Part shown: positions 12,421-24,170 of the stretch, piece after piece
Position numbering within the stretch: the stretch's first letter is position 1
Layout of the letters: each line of letters begins with the position of its first letter
Assembly (NCBI RefSeq): GCF_009834535.1
Contig: NC_045700.1
Location: forward strand, 12,152,001 to 12,216,000
Direction: 5' to 3'
Source: Camelus ferus
Lineage: Eukaryota
DNA: 64,000 nt
Position numbers and translations under genes: made by a program
Notes under the pieces: model-generated
The model's input: only the letters and a program-made list of their open reading frames with translations
Told to the model about the DNA's origin: nothing
Database searches by the model: none

Positions 12421-12569
12421 TAAAAATATCTTGAATGACTATACTCTAGTTAAAATAGTAAATGATACAACCCTTTTTAATAAGTATTTTCATTAAGTTT
12501 TCAATTATTCTTTTTATAAAATATTTTTAATTTTTAAAAGCAAGCAATAATAGCACTCCTTTGTCTTTT

Positions 12570-12660
12570 CCCAAATAAACTGAAAACACACATCTACACA
12601 AAAACCTGTACATGGATATTTATAGCAGTTTTATTCATAACTGCAAAAACTTGGAAGAAA
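12570..12660 (+). mobile_element. L1 ORF2 C-terminal fragment
   Basis: aaaaacctgtacatggatatttatagcagttttattcataactgcaaaaacttggaa. Confidence 0.7.
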
Positions 12661-12699
12661 TTTATTTATTATTTATTCATTATTATAATTTATTTTAAA

Positions 12700-12990
12700 T
12701 TAATTTGAGACTTAATTTTAGACTTTAGAAAAGATATAAGTTAATACAGAGAGTTCTTGTATACATGTTACCCGCCTTCCCCTAATGTTAACAGCTTACA
12801 TAGCAATAGTACCATGTTCAAAATTAGGAAATTAACATTTGTGCAATACTGTTAACTCTACTACATTTCGTGTTCAAATCCTACCACTTTTCCACTAACA
12901 TTCTTTTCAGTTCTAGGAGTCAGTCCAAGATCCCACATTGCATCTAATTGTTGTCTCCTTAGCCACCTCAAATCTAAGAGATTTCCTAAG
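12700..12990 (-). mobile_element. L1MB/L1MC 3' UTR fragment
   Basis: ccgccttccccctaatgttaac...ccaagatcccacattgcatctaattg pattern. Confidence 0.65.
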
Positions 12991-13590
12991 TCTTTCTTCG
13001 CCTTTCTTGGAGCTCCCCTCCTCCACCTTGCTGTCAAGGAAGGACCCTTTCCTCTCCTTCCTGGGGGCAGGAAAAAGCTCCAGCAGTTACAGAGAGCCAA
13101 TAACTCCTAACTGTAACACTCCTATCCTCTCTCTAGCTCATCCAGTCTTCAAACACAGAATGGAATGGAAGATGGGCTGCAACTGAGATGGGCTAGCATG
13201 ATTTGTTTAATGACCTTCTCAAATATTTTAAAGAGGATGTCCCCCACTGAGTGTTTGGGTTTCTCTTTGGAATAATGAGACTTTGTCTTCACCACTGGTT
13301 TCTAGTCACCAATTGTGGAGCAACGAGAAATATTTCAGTTAACATCTCAAACAAGATTGACTCAAAAGGAATGTGTGTGTTTACTTTGCCTTTTCCATGA
13401 CTTAGGCATGGTGCTGTGCACAGAGTAAGTGTCTTAAGTGCCCACTGAATAAAAGAATGAGAAGTAGCAAAGAAAGAGGAAAAAGGAAATAAATGAATGA
13501 AACAGTAGGTCTGTGTTCTGGCTAGACCATTTTATATTATAATGCCAAAATAATTTTCCTCCGAAGCATCACTTACAGTTAAATGGGTAA

Positions 13591-14170
13591 TGTAAGCAGC
13601 TTTTGCAGGATAGAGCTCTTTGCAGGAGGGAGTTTTCTGCAGGAAGCCCCCTTTGCCTTGTCACTAGCCTTGAATCAGGCGTTAACCTTAAATCAGGAGA
13701 TGCGCTACTCATCCCCAGCCCTAGTGCACCTTTCAGATCTTCTGATCATACAATAACTTGCCTAACCTGTTGGTTCTTTCCGTAGATCAAAGACACAGAT
13801 ATGGAGAATAAGTAATTAACAGATGACCAGGTCTCTTCCCTAGCTTCCCCTTCAGTCATCTCACGAACCGACTGCATGAACAAGATAGCATCTAAGGAAA
13901 GGTCACAAGATGTCGAAAATTCTGCGTGTGGTGGGAGATGGCAATGATCCCCTATCTCAATGATTGACTGAGATTACTTGCCTTTTTCCTTTTAAAAACT
14001 TTCACAGCTGAGCAGAATCTTCAGAGATGGCTTTTGGGGGACACTGAGTCCACCATCTCCCCAGAATGCTGGCGTTCTGACTAAAAGCAATATTCCTTTA
14101 TGCTAACATTTGCATCTCTCTCAGGTATTGATTTTCTAGCAGAGAGCAGTTGGAACCAAGTTTGGTAACA
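13591..14170 (+). mobile_element. Solo ERV1-class LTR
   Basis: TG...CA termini (tgtaagcag ... ggtaaca), TTTAAAA TATA-like box, ACTAAA poly(A)-like signal at 14080-14085, no PBS downstream; 5' boundary uncertain. Confidence 0.7.
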
Positions 14171-14550
14171 GAAAAAGTACAAAGTATATCTTAAAGGCAT
14201 AAATTTTTATGGGCTTGCTTTCGTGCTCTATTTCTTTCCTATCAAGCACTCCAAAAATCTATTAGTGCAATCATATTGTGCAATACAGTTGCCCCAATTC
14301 TGGATGTTTTTCATAACATTATGTTAGAAATATAATATAGAACAAAACATAGTATTTCAGAAGGAAAGAATAAAAGCACTGAGTTTTGAAGCCATTTGAA
14401 CTATTTCCAATATCAAAATTTAATGTCTGCAAAATATGCTAAATTTGCATAATAGTTCACTTGGCTAAGATTTTTTTTTGTTATAAAGCAAAGAAATTTA
14501 GTATTTCTCATTCCTGATCCATCTCCTACCTGGTCACTGTGAAGTCTTAC

Positions 14551-14634
14551 CTGATCAGATCTATCTGTTGGTGACACTAGCAGCTGCAGAGCTGCCAGTC
14601 TATCAGCTGGTGTGGACTCAGCCATCCCAGGATA
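14551..14634 (-). CDS. Candidate 84-nt internal exon, phase 0-0 (YPGMAESTPADRLAALQLLVSPTDRSDQ); product unknown
   Basis: Acceptor gctaatgctttccctttactcttttggacccag (branch point plus pyrimidine tract), donor CAG|gtaaga; only phase 0 is open; no homology recognised. Confidence 0.3.
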
Positions 14635-16572
14635 CTGGGTCCAAAAGAGTAAAGGGAAAGCATTAGCCACTCAAGCAGACATCTCTTACGTAGGCATTTC
14701 TTTAGAAAACGGTAACTTTTCAAGAGCCAGCTCTTAGGACTTGCAAATGTAGTAGAACTTCACTAGCTGAGGGTGGAGTTGACTGTCTGAGTTGCTTCTT
14801 CCTTTGACTCTGCACATTGCAGAAAAGTCAACACTTATTAAAGTCGTGAGACAGAGCCAACGCCTCTATTTGGATAAAGATTTTCATTGCTTTATTTCTT
14901 GATGTTGTCCATGGCTTCTCTAATCTACATCGTTCTCCATTTCTTTGAATAACTTTTAGGGTATATTCCCATCCCTTGTATTTTTGTTGAATTAAACAAA
15001 TTGCAAGTGGTTGGTTTGGGTGTCATGTACTTTTAATAGACATCTTTGGTTGCAAACATGAGAAAAAGTTGAAAAAAAGCAGGTGCAACATATAAATGGA
15101 TTTAGGAGTTGAATACAGGAAAATGGTCATGTTTTTGTCATCAGGATTCAGTAAAAAAAAAATAATAATGAAAAAATTTGATGGGGAAATTTTTGAAGAT
15201 AAGTAAATTCAAAGAGTAGAGAGCACACTCTCAGATTCTTTCTAGAAAAAAAAAATAGGATGTACATTTTGACAGGATTGAAAAAACCCATATGAAGAAA
15301 AGATGTTGGAAAGAGGCATCAGTGATCTACTTTGCATCGATACTGCTCCTCCTGTACTTCCGTGATCTTTCACACTACATAAGGGTCCAGATTATTTAGA
15401 TACAATACACGTGGTTTGTTTTAGGATATAAAAAGATTTTATGAAATTTCCAGGCAAGCCAAGATGTAAGCCACAGTGATCTTGCCTTTTCTAGCCTGGC
15501 CAGATTTTGTGATGTTACGATTTGTATTCACGTATTTCGTCCACCGTACTCTTTATTTTGTTTCTCTGAATGTGTCATGTGTTTAGGATCTGCTTCATTA
15601 GCTATACTGGAATTTTTCTGAGGGCAAGCATTTGAAGATAATGATGATCTATATTCTACCTGTAATAGCAGGACATAAAGTAGGAACTGAAGGAAATAAA
15701 AAGGAATGGCATCAACAGATAATCTCTCTTCTGGTGGCAGTGATAATGCTGCGGTTGAATGAGACTTTTGTCACTGATGTCTGTTTGTTCACCTTTGGTA
15801 CAGAAAATTTTAGTAGAATTTAAGAATGCTGAATCTAGGTAATACTTTAAAACTTCAGTTTGAGCTTTGAATTTTATTAGTAATAAAAGCAGTGACAGAA
15901 GAGATAAAGTGAGGTACTCCAGATCCCACGGATAATTAGATTATAAGAGGAGACAAGAGGCCAGAATGCAAATAGCTGGCTTTGGATCAATTAAAATGCC
16001 AAACAGGAGGGCAAACAAAATGGAAGGGTAGGATTCAGAACTGTTAATAGAACTATTTCAATATATTTCTGTTTTTTTTCTCATTTTCTTGTGAATGTTG
16101 AAAGATTATCTTTTTGGCCAGCCTATGTGCCTTGAAATTCTGCCATGTAGGATTTTTTTTTTCAATATTTATATTGAGAATCACTGAAACAGAAACCAAA
16201 CACTTCCAACTGAGTTGGACTCTTCTACTAAATTCTACCTAATGTTCCAGCCAGCAGGGAAATTACAGAACATTTAATTTGGTCAGCTTAAAAGTTCTTA
16301 GCTGTCTTCTTCTTTTCTTTTCTTTCTTTTACTTTTTCCCCTCTTAGTTTTGCAGAGAGGCTTGAGATTTATTTTAACCTAATTATTTTTGACAGGCCAA
16401 CTGTACCCAACAGGATGAAATTATAACCTTTTCAGTTAATTGTTGTGATTATCTGCTTAGCATAATATGCTTGCCTGTCACATTAAGGAGATGCCTGCTG
16501 TGGGGATGCAGCTGGTAGTTAGGTGTGAAGGGTGTGTCTTAAAATTTCATTAAAAAAAAAAAATCTCAAAAC

Positions 16573-16612
16573 ATGGACGCTTTAGAGAATGGAAGAGAAA
16601 ATCAGCAGCTGG
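16573..16612 (+). CDS. Candidate first coding micro-exon (MDALENGRENQQL, phase 1); product unknown
   Basis: Strong Kozak aaacATGG, consensus donor CTGG|gtaagt, repeat-free upstream context. Confidence 0.25.
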
Positions 16613-17802
16613 GTAAGTGGTCAATAAATTAAAGTTTTTCTGCAGAGGAAAGAATGTTTAGACACTTTCCCAGTCTGACTTTTTATGTCTTAAGGACTAA
16701 AAAGAGAATAGTGAATTGGGGGTTGGGTGGCACATTCTGAGTCATTTTCCAAGAGAATGCCGCAAGGACCCAGCTGTCTAGGTTAGGGTGGAGGGTGAGG
16801 AGTGGAAGAGCTCTTCCTGAAGGAATCTGGTGGAGCATACATAGTAGAGAAAGGAACCAGTTATAGTTAAGTCACTGAAGTATCCTCAGTGACTTCTTTC
16901 TAATGGCAAGAGTAAAGCGGTCTTGCAATAAATGGAAATAAGAGCATAAAGGGGAAACGGATGGTGCAGAAAAGAAGAATGACCACCAGGAAAAAACATA
17001 ACCTGAGAAAGGGCTGCTTTGGGACATTGTTTCCATCTTCTCGATTTTATCAGAGGACAATGTTGTCTTTTATTGTGGTCCAGGTACATTTATGGAGTGA
17101 AGGACTATCAGGACATTCATTAATATATATTTTTTCCCATGGGGTGATAGTAATGTCCACATTACAATTTCAATTTCTATTAGCTAAGGACAAGGAGAAT
17201 CAGAGCTCGTGATTATATATAGGTCCAGGACCAGGAAATCTCATGTCTAGAGACTCTCTTGGCGTTTGCTATAAGAACAGGAGGCTTCGTTTTATAGGTC
17301 CACCCTTGAAACTATAACCTTATTCTAATTGGCTTCAATATTATTCATAACTCAAAGATAATTAAAGTGTGCTCAAGACTTTAGAGAGGGCACCAGAAGT
17401 CAAACCCTTACTTAGGGCTCCCTGATATATTGCTTCCATGGTGTCTGACCACAGAAAATGTCAGTATAATATCTTTGGGGCTTTGTAGCCCAATAATCTT
17501 GTCTAGTTTCCTTAAAGCAGTTGGGAAGTTTTTCCTTTCTCGCTTCTAAAACACAGAACAGAAGAGGAAGTTGCCTAAGACCTCACATTTGAAGAAGTTT
17601 CTTAAACACGGTACAGATAAAAGTGGGCTTATTTTTTATCAAACATGGTGGGTACATTGCACGACTTTGCAGACAGAAATGATTAGTCCATTCATAGAAT
17701 GTATACTTATTGTTTACTTGCTGTATGCCAGACATCATATTTCTTTCACTGATCTGTGTTTTGGATCCAAGTTCACATAACAAGAAGAAATCAGGATGAG
17801 GT

Positions 17803-18139
17803 TGTGGGTTTCATGTAAAAAAAGAATAAACAGAAACCTCAATTAAATAGAGTCGAGAGGCCCGAAGGGGGAGCTCTTACACACTGTGACAACAGCAGAG
17901 CCCAACAGGAAGAAGAAAGACTCCTCATTTCCTGACAAGGACTCAGCCAATAAGAAGCCATAGGCTTTTTGTTTCCTATAGCCCCAGCTTCCTTTTCCTC
18001 TCTATAAAAGTTTTCCTTCCCTTGCCCTTTGGGGGCTTATATGTGGCTTGGTTTTAGATCCTGAATTGCAATTTTCTGCTGATCCCAAATAAACCCATCT
18101 TTGCTGGAGAAATAGCTGGCTATTTGTTTCGGGCCAACA
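17803..18139 (+). mobile_element. Solo ERV1-class LTR (MER34/MER39-like 3' end)
   Basis: CCAAT 17947-17951, TATAAAA 18003-18009, AATAAA 18088-18093, ends ...tttgctggagaaatagctggctatttgtttcgggccaaca. Confidence 0.75.
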
Positions 18140-18294
18140 ATAGTACATTAATCCATTTGGTATGTTGATAATAAAGCTCAAAAGGACAATTAAGGTAAAT
18201 TTAGTCCTAGCAAACTTCCAAAAAATGTGAACTTGGTTATAAGAGGCACAAGATGTGAATGTGAGATGAGGTCAGAGGGACAGGGAAGTCCCGG

Positions 18295-18375
18295 TGATTG
18301 AGCACATGGACTATGGAGCCAGGTGGGCTGAGTTTGTTCTTGCCACACCGTTTGCTACCTGGGTGACTGCAGTGT
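18295..18375 (+). mobile_element. MIR fragment
   Basis: ggactatggagccaggtgggctgagtttgttcttgccacacc...gctacctgggtgact. Confidence 0.55.
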
Positions 18376-18764
18376 AAGTCCTGATGGTTGTTTTTTGTTT
18401 TCTTTTGTTTTTGTTTCTTCCTTTGTAATGCAAGTGCTTGACTTAAGCTTTGATTGTAGAAACATCAATTTCAAAGAGGCATCTTCTTCAGAGAAAGATG
18501 GCTATCTCAAATAAACATGTCACTAAGACACCTAACAAGACACTCGCACACGTTTGCTTCCCTTTCCCACCATTTTGGACTTTTCTGGATTAGGAGTTTT
18601 AGATCACAGGAGAAATATTTATAAGAATCATCATCTTATTTTCAATAAAGTCAAACTTGAGACTGCTACATGGTTATTTGGAGCTTCTCATTGAACCAAG
18701 GGGCAAATAATAGGATTACTATACAGGCTGCATTGATTTATCATTATCAAATAAAAATAAAATG

Positions 18765-19482
18765 TTGCCAATAAAGTCAGGGGGAACCAAGAAACCCAGG
18801 GCATTCTCTGGGGTACCTCATAGTACTTCCATATACAGTAGTAAACATTAAAGCAAGATTATAGAAATCCAGTAACAGCAGGGCCAGTAAGTAATCAGAA
18901 CCTTCAGGAACAAATGTTTAGGTCAAACATATGGGTAACAACCACCAACCAGATGAGGTATTGGCTGAGGCAAAGAGAATATGGCATAGGTCATAGATTA
19001 AGGAGGTTACAAATATCAACTATGTGAGAAGTGTTACAATTACCACTGTAGATAATAGTATATCTAAATGGGCTTATAATTAGTCACATATTTGACTCAG
19101 TGGGGAAATGAATGAGTGGATATTCACATTTATGAAAGTTAACTGCTAGGGGAGGGTACAGCTCAAGTGGTAGAGCACATGCTTAGCATGAACAAGGTCC
19201 TAGGTTCAATCCCCACTTCCTTTTCTAAGAATAAATAAATAAATTAACCCAATTACCTCCCCCCACCAAAGAAAAATAAATAAAATAAAATAAAATAAAG
19301 TAAAGTAAAGTAAAATAAAATAAAAAACTTGAAAAAAAGAACATAACTTACTCATCTAAACATTAAAAAAAAAAAGTTAACTGCTTTTTGTTGTGTGGAA
19401 ACGCGATATTGTTAGGGTTATTCTTTGGAAGTTGAAATAGGGGAAGATTAGTGGGTATGAAAATGCATTGCTAGGAGTGGAC
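18765..19482 (+). mobile_element. ERVL internal 3' end with PPT, interrupted by a SINE
   Basis: gaaccttcaggaacaaatgtttaggtc...gaggtattggctgaggcaaagagaat resembles ERVL-int; PPT-like aggagtggac at 19473-19482 directly precedes LTR tgt. Confidence 0.65.
19149..19372 (+). mobile_element. Full-length camelid tRNA-derived SINE (vic-1-like) with extended 3' tail
   Basis: A-box about 19159-19170, B-box GGTTCAATCCC 19203-19213, A-rich tail, perfect 13-bp TSD aaagttaactgct at 19135-19147 and 19373-19385. Confidence 0.95.
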
Positions 19483-20044
19483 TGTGCCAAATGATGTCTG
19501 TATTCTTTCAGCTTCGTATTTACCCTTCTTTACTTTTCCCTTGCCTACCAAGGTGGAAGACTGTAAATTAAGTCTTTCCAAATTCCCTTGCCAGCTGACT
19601 TCCTGTCAAATTCAGCCAATGGGAGATGTTGGAGTGAGATTGGGGGTTAAAAGAAACGGAGGGAGGGAAGAGGTACTTTCTTTTAGTTTCTGGCAGTGCT
19701 TTCTAAAGTGGCAATGGTACCACTGTCAGAAAACGTGGAGACGCTCTAGCAATGGTTATTGGCAGGCTGTGTGCCTTGGTTCCAGATATAAGGTAACTCA
19801 CATCCAACCACACCAGTTTCAGTGGGACAAAGATCATGGGCTCAGGGTGGCAGCAGACCCTTGTTTCCTCAGCCCTATGGGAGGTAGCAGCCACCTTCAG
19901 TTACAAATTTAGGAATACACTTGTCTTCCTCTTTTACCCCTCCAGATCTTCCATCTCCTTTTACCCAAATCTTTGCAATAAATTCAGTTTCTAAAAATAC
20001 CTGGAATTTTCCTTATTAGGTGTGGACTGACCTAGCCTCACACA
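19483..20044 (+). mobile_element. ERVL LTR (LTR33/LTR16-like), 3' LTR
   Basis: Starts tgt after the PPT; ttcagccaatgggagatg motif; AATAAA 19977-19982; ends ...ctcacaca. Confidence 0.7.
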
Positions 20045-20415
20045 GCCTCACATGGCTTTCAGTGTTCCACCATTCCCTCACTGTGCTGTTTGGAGTACTT
20101 AAGACGATCTCAGAACAAGGTCAAAGTGATAGAGTAGGGAGAGGTGGCACGGATTTAGTCCCACCAACTCATTTTTTGGTTCCTTTCTACTCAGTTCTAG
20201 GCCTCTGTCCCTCACTTCTGATTATTTCTGCAGCCTGCTAAGCAGAACTGGGAACCATCTACTTGAAAGGTGAATCATTAACTTAAAGTACTCATAATCA
20301 GCACTATGGTGTTTCTGAAGTCATCTTTTACATTTTCTCTGTACCTCTGGTTTAGGAGATGGCATTATTGCATTCTACTTTTCTAGAAGTTTTCCCACAT
20401 TGGCTTTTCAGAGAG

Positions 20416-20552
20416 AGGGTTGCCAAATAATACACAGAATACCTTGTTAAATTTGAATTTCAGATAAATATTGCCTGGGACAGACTTTGGAAAAATTGGA
20501 AAAATTAAAATAAAATATTATTTTATATGGAATTCAAATTTAATTGGATGTC
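20416..20552. mobile_element. MER53 palindromic MITE, internally degraded
   Basis: agggttgccaaataa...gttaaatttgaatttcagataaa with inverted arm tttatatggaattcaaatttaat (20/23 complementary). Confidence 0.7.
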
Positions 20553-20879
20553 TTTGAGATATATATACATATGTATACATAAGTGAGTTTGTGTTTATGT
20601 ATACAAATATATATATATCTGTATCTCTATATGATTTTCTTCTGTTTTGCTGAATCTGACAACTCTAGTCTGAGAAGTTCAGCAAAGACTTCCGCTAAGA
20701 ACCTCTTGTGCTATAACAGTAGTATACGAGGCTTTATACTATACAGGTCTAAGAACAGTTTGAATGTGTATAATCTTCCAAAGGTGAAAGATATTAAAGA
20801 TAATAGACTTATCAAATCCTACGTTCCTTTTCTAGGTTCTTTCAGTCAAATCGAAGGGGATGGCATCTAACACTCTACG

Positions 20880-21045
20880 CCGACGGTCCTCAAAGAGTTG
20901 CCCTGACTAGCAGCATCAGCATCACTCGGGAACTTGTTAGACATAAAGATATTTAAGTCCTACTCAGACCTCCTGACTCAGAAATGTGTTTTGACAAATG
21001 CTCCTGGAAATTCTAATGCAAGCTGGAGTTTGAGAACCACTGCCC
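20880..21045. mobile_element. MER5A
   Basis: ctagcagcatcagcatcactcgggaacttgttaga...gagtttgagaaccactg. Confidence 0.8.
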
Positions 21046-22094
21046 TACTATAGTCAAATCTGGGGCAGCTGTAAGATTACTTCCTATTTCTCTACTCATG
21101 TTGGAAGTTTTCATTTATGAGTATAGTATTTCCTACTCTATCTGTGGCTAGTCCCAGCATATGTTTTATTACAGCTCCTTTGGCAGGCACTATGAATTTA
21201 TTTCCCAATTCATTTTTGAGTGTAGGTTTAACTTCTCATCCCCGACCTTGGAATCTCACTAAAACTTACTTTCTCTAGAATAATGTTGTATTCTGAAGTA
21301 TCCTTCCTTACAACCTACAATTTCTTCAGCTCTACATTTCCTTCGGAGATGGATCAAAAAGGACTAGGCTGATGGTGCGTGAAAAGAGCCTCATGTGTTA
21401 ATCTTGGTACCGTAAATTTACATCTGAAAGCACTGAAATTCATTAGCCGAAGAGTCTCTATAATGATAAAATTTAAGACACTGTAGAAGGTTTTTAAGTT
21501 GAATAAATTATTTTGGTTAAGAAAGATTTAACAGTGGCCTGCAAATCACATTGAAACAAGTAACAGTTTATTATGTCTATGCGTAAATTGTGCTTTTGGT
21601 CTGTTGCCTTAGGGAAATCTGAGACATCAAATTCTTCCGCCAAATCCATTTGGGTTGATACGGAGATTCTGATAGACACTGTTTGAATTCACCGAGAAGT
21701 AATCTCATTTTCCCATAGGTAAACAATTCTTGAAATAAAGTCATTATAAATTATAGTGAGGCTATTTACCATCAACACACACCCCCTTAATTAGGTGTTG
21801 ACTGGATAGATTGCAAGACAGCATTGGGTCAGGTCAACATTAGAAAAAGAGTGATGAAGGGTTGCTTGGCAAGAGGCCAGTTCTGATAAATAAAATGAAA
21901 GTGATTTCCCTCTTCCTGCAGAGACAGGATTCAGGCTTGCAGGACAGATGCTTTCCCTGAGAGTCAGGAGTCTTGGGCAAAGCATGGGCTGAAGGATTGG
22001 CCTCAAAATGTGTGGATAACTGATCAATCTTATTACTAAAATATAATATTTTCATTAAAAGAATGAGATAGCGTTTTTCATCTATCTTTTTGGC

Positions 22095-22620
22095 AATTTT
22101 TTAAATAAATGAAGGGTTTTTGGACTATCAAGCGTGTAAAGACGTCTAAATTCTCAGATTCTTCTTAAAGGAATGTTAGTTACCACAATTTTATAAAGCT
22201 TAATTTGATTATATACATCAAAGGCCTTTCAAATATTCCCTTTGACTCAGTAATTCAATCTACTGTAATTTGTCTTAAATAAATAACCAGAGGGTTATGT
22301 ACAAGGAGTTTTTTAGACTTTTTAAAATAGAGAAAATTTAGAAATAGCTATCTTGAATGTCTAACAGCAAGACAATGGCTAAATAAATTATGATGCTTAT
22401 AAGACAAACTTATTATATGGCTGTTCCTATGATACAGTGTGATAAAATTCTTACGATGTAATGTGAGATGGAAAGGGAGGATAGCATATTGTATATATAA
22501 ATGTCTCAGTTTTGTGTATATATGCATAAGTATATTTATAATAAAATGGAGGAGAATAAAACATAGAAAAATGCTGATAATCACTTTCTCTAAATGCTAG
22601 ACTTAGTATCATGTTCCTAA
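22095..22620 (+). mobile_element. Old L1ME 3' fragment
   Basis: ccctttgactcagtaattcaatctactg...atgtacaagg sense L1 3' pattern, heavily degraded. Confidence 0.6.
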
Positions 22621-22779
22621 ATATATGTTTCCTCTGTGTTTTCTAATATTTATACATCAATAATTAATTATATTTAAAATCCAAAATATACCATATACCA
22701 TTTTACTTAAAAATCTATTAAAAATTTATTGAAATTTTCCCCAGGAACCTCTTGGTTAAGCCTAATAATTTATTTATTC

Positions 22780-23870
22780 ATTATGTTATAAAACTAACAT
22801 ATGTTGAGTGCCTATAATGTGCTAAGCACAATAACACACATGTACTCATGCACATTCCCCACAAATTATCTCAGGGAGTGATAAATATTTGGTATGAAAA
22901 ATAAAGGGGTAGAGAGTGATAGAGTGGGGATTCTATGTTTTTGGGTGGTGAAGGAAGACCTTTAATAGGAGACTTGTAGGGAAAGAGGAAGCCAGCTGTG
23001 TAGCTTTCTGGGGTAGAAACATTCTAAGCAGAGAGAAGGGCAAGTACAAAGGGCCTGGGGTTGAGAGTGGGCTTGGTGTGTTCAAGGTGGACAGTAGGTC
23101 GACATGACTAGAAAAAAACTGAACAAGGTAAAAGTTAGGTAACAGGCGAAAATGAAACTGAAGTCAGACTATATAGGAGCATGTAGGCCATGAAGAAATT
23201 GGATTCTCCTTTGAGTGAGAATGGGACACCACTAGAGAATTCTGAATAGAGGAATGACATTATCTGACTAGTTTCCAAAGGATTAACTAACTACATTATG
23301 AACAAAGAAGCAGTAGAAGGGGCCAAGATGGAAGAAAGGAGGCTTTCAATATAATTCATGTGAAGGATAAAGATGATTCTAACTAGGTTAGCAATGGAGC
23401 AAGTGAGACATGCTCAGATTCTGGGTGTAGCTGAAAATACAGCCAACTGGGTTTTTTGATGGCCTGGGTGTAAGTAACAAAAGAGAGCAGTCAGGATCAT
23501 GCCAAGATTTTGGTTTGACCAACTTGAAGAATCAAGTTGCCTCTACTGAGATAGAGAATACTGCGGGAGGAACAGATTGGTAGATGGGGAGGGACGGACA
23601 GAGAATCAAGAAGCTTGTTTCGGATGAGTTTAGTTTAACGTACCTATTAGACATGCCAGTAGGGATACCCAGTAGAAGACAGCTGGATACAAGCATCAGA
23701 GGTATATGGAAGAGGATGTGACTGGTGATACATGTTTGACCACTGAGGTTTTTACAAAGTATTTAAAGGGATAAGACTAATAATCTCATACTAAGGTGTT
23801 ATTAATCTCATAAAGTAAACTAAAGTGTTGATCAAAGATGTAGGACTTGTCTGAAGACTGAGCCTTAAGG
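22780..23870 (-). mobile_element. L2 (L2a-like), about 1.1 kb
   Basis: Antisense tail (atgttgagtgcctataatgtgctaagcac) followed by characteristic purine-rich antisense L2 body. Confidence 0.85.
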
Positions 23871-24034
23871 CTTAAGGCTGTTTCTTCTGCTGTGCCTGCA
23901 ATCTCCACTCCTACCTCCCTTAACCCTCAGGGCCATGATCCCAATAAGGAATGCCAGGATTGCTATCATTCCTTTAAATCAGCATTCCAAGTCCTGCCAC
24001 CTTTACCTACCATTTGAGTGCTTGCTCTTTTCTT

Positions 24035-24170
24035 GAACTTACTAAGTAATGTAAACTCATTAGCTTATTTATGGTTAACCATAATCCTATGAAGTTGGCA
24101 GTATGATTTCCATTGAAGAATTGAGGAACTGATGACTTAGAAAAATTCAAGTCCACTGGTATTTAAGTAG
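24035..24170 (-). mobile_element. MIR fragment
   Basis: taatcctatgaagttggcagtatgatttccattgaagaattgaggaactg. Confidence 0.55.

Noticed and set aside
19149-19225. tRNA-like sequence with A and B boxes
   Set aside because: It has an A-rich tail and TSDs and homologues elsewhere in the window, so it is a SINE and not a tRNA gene.
19484-19912. 142-aa ORF
   Set aside because: Lies entirely within an ERVL LTR and has no recognisable domain.
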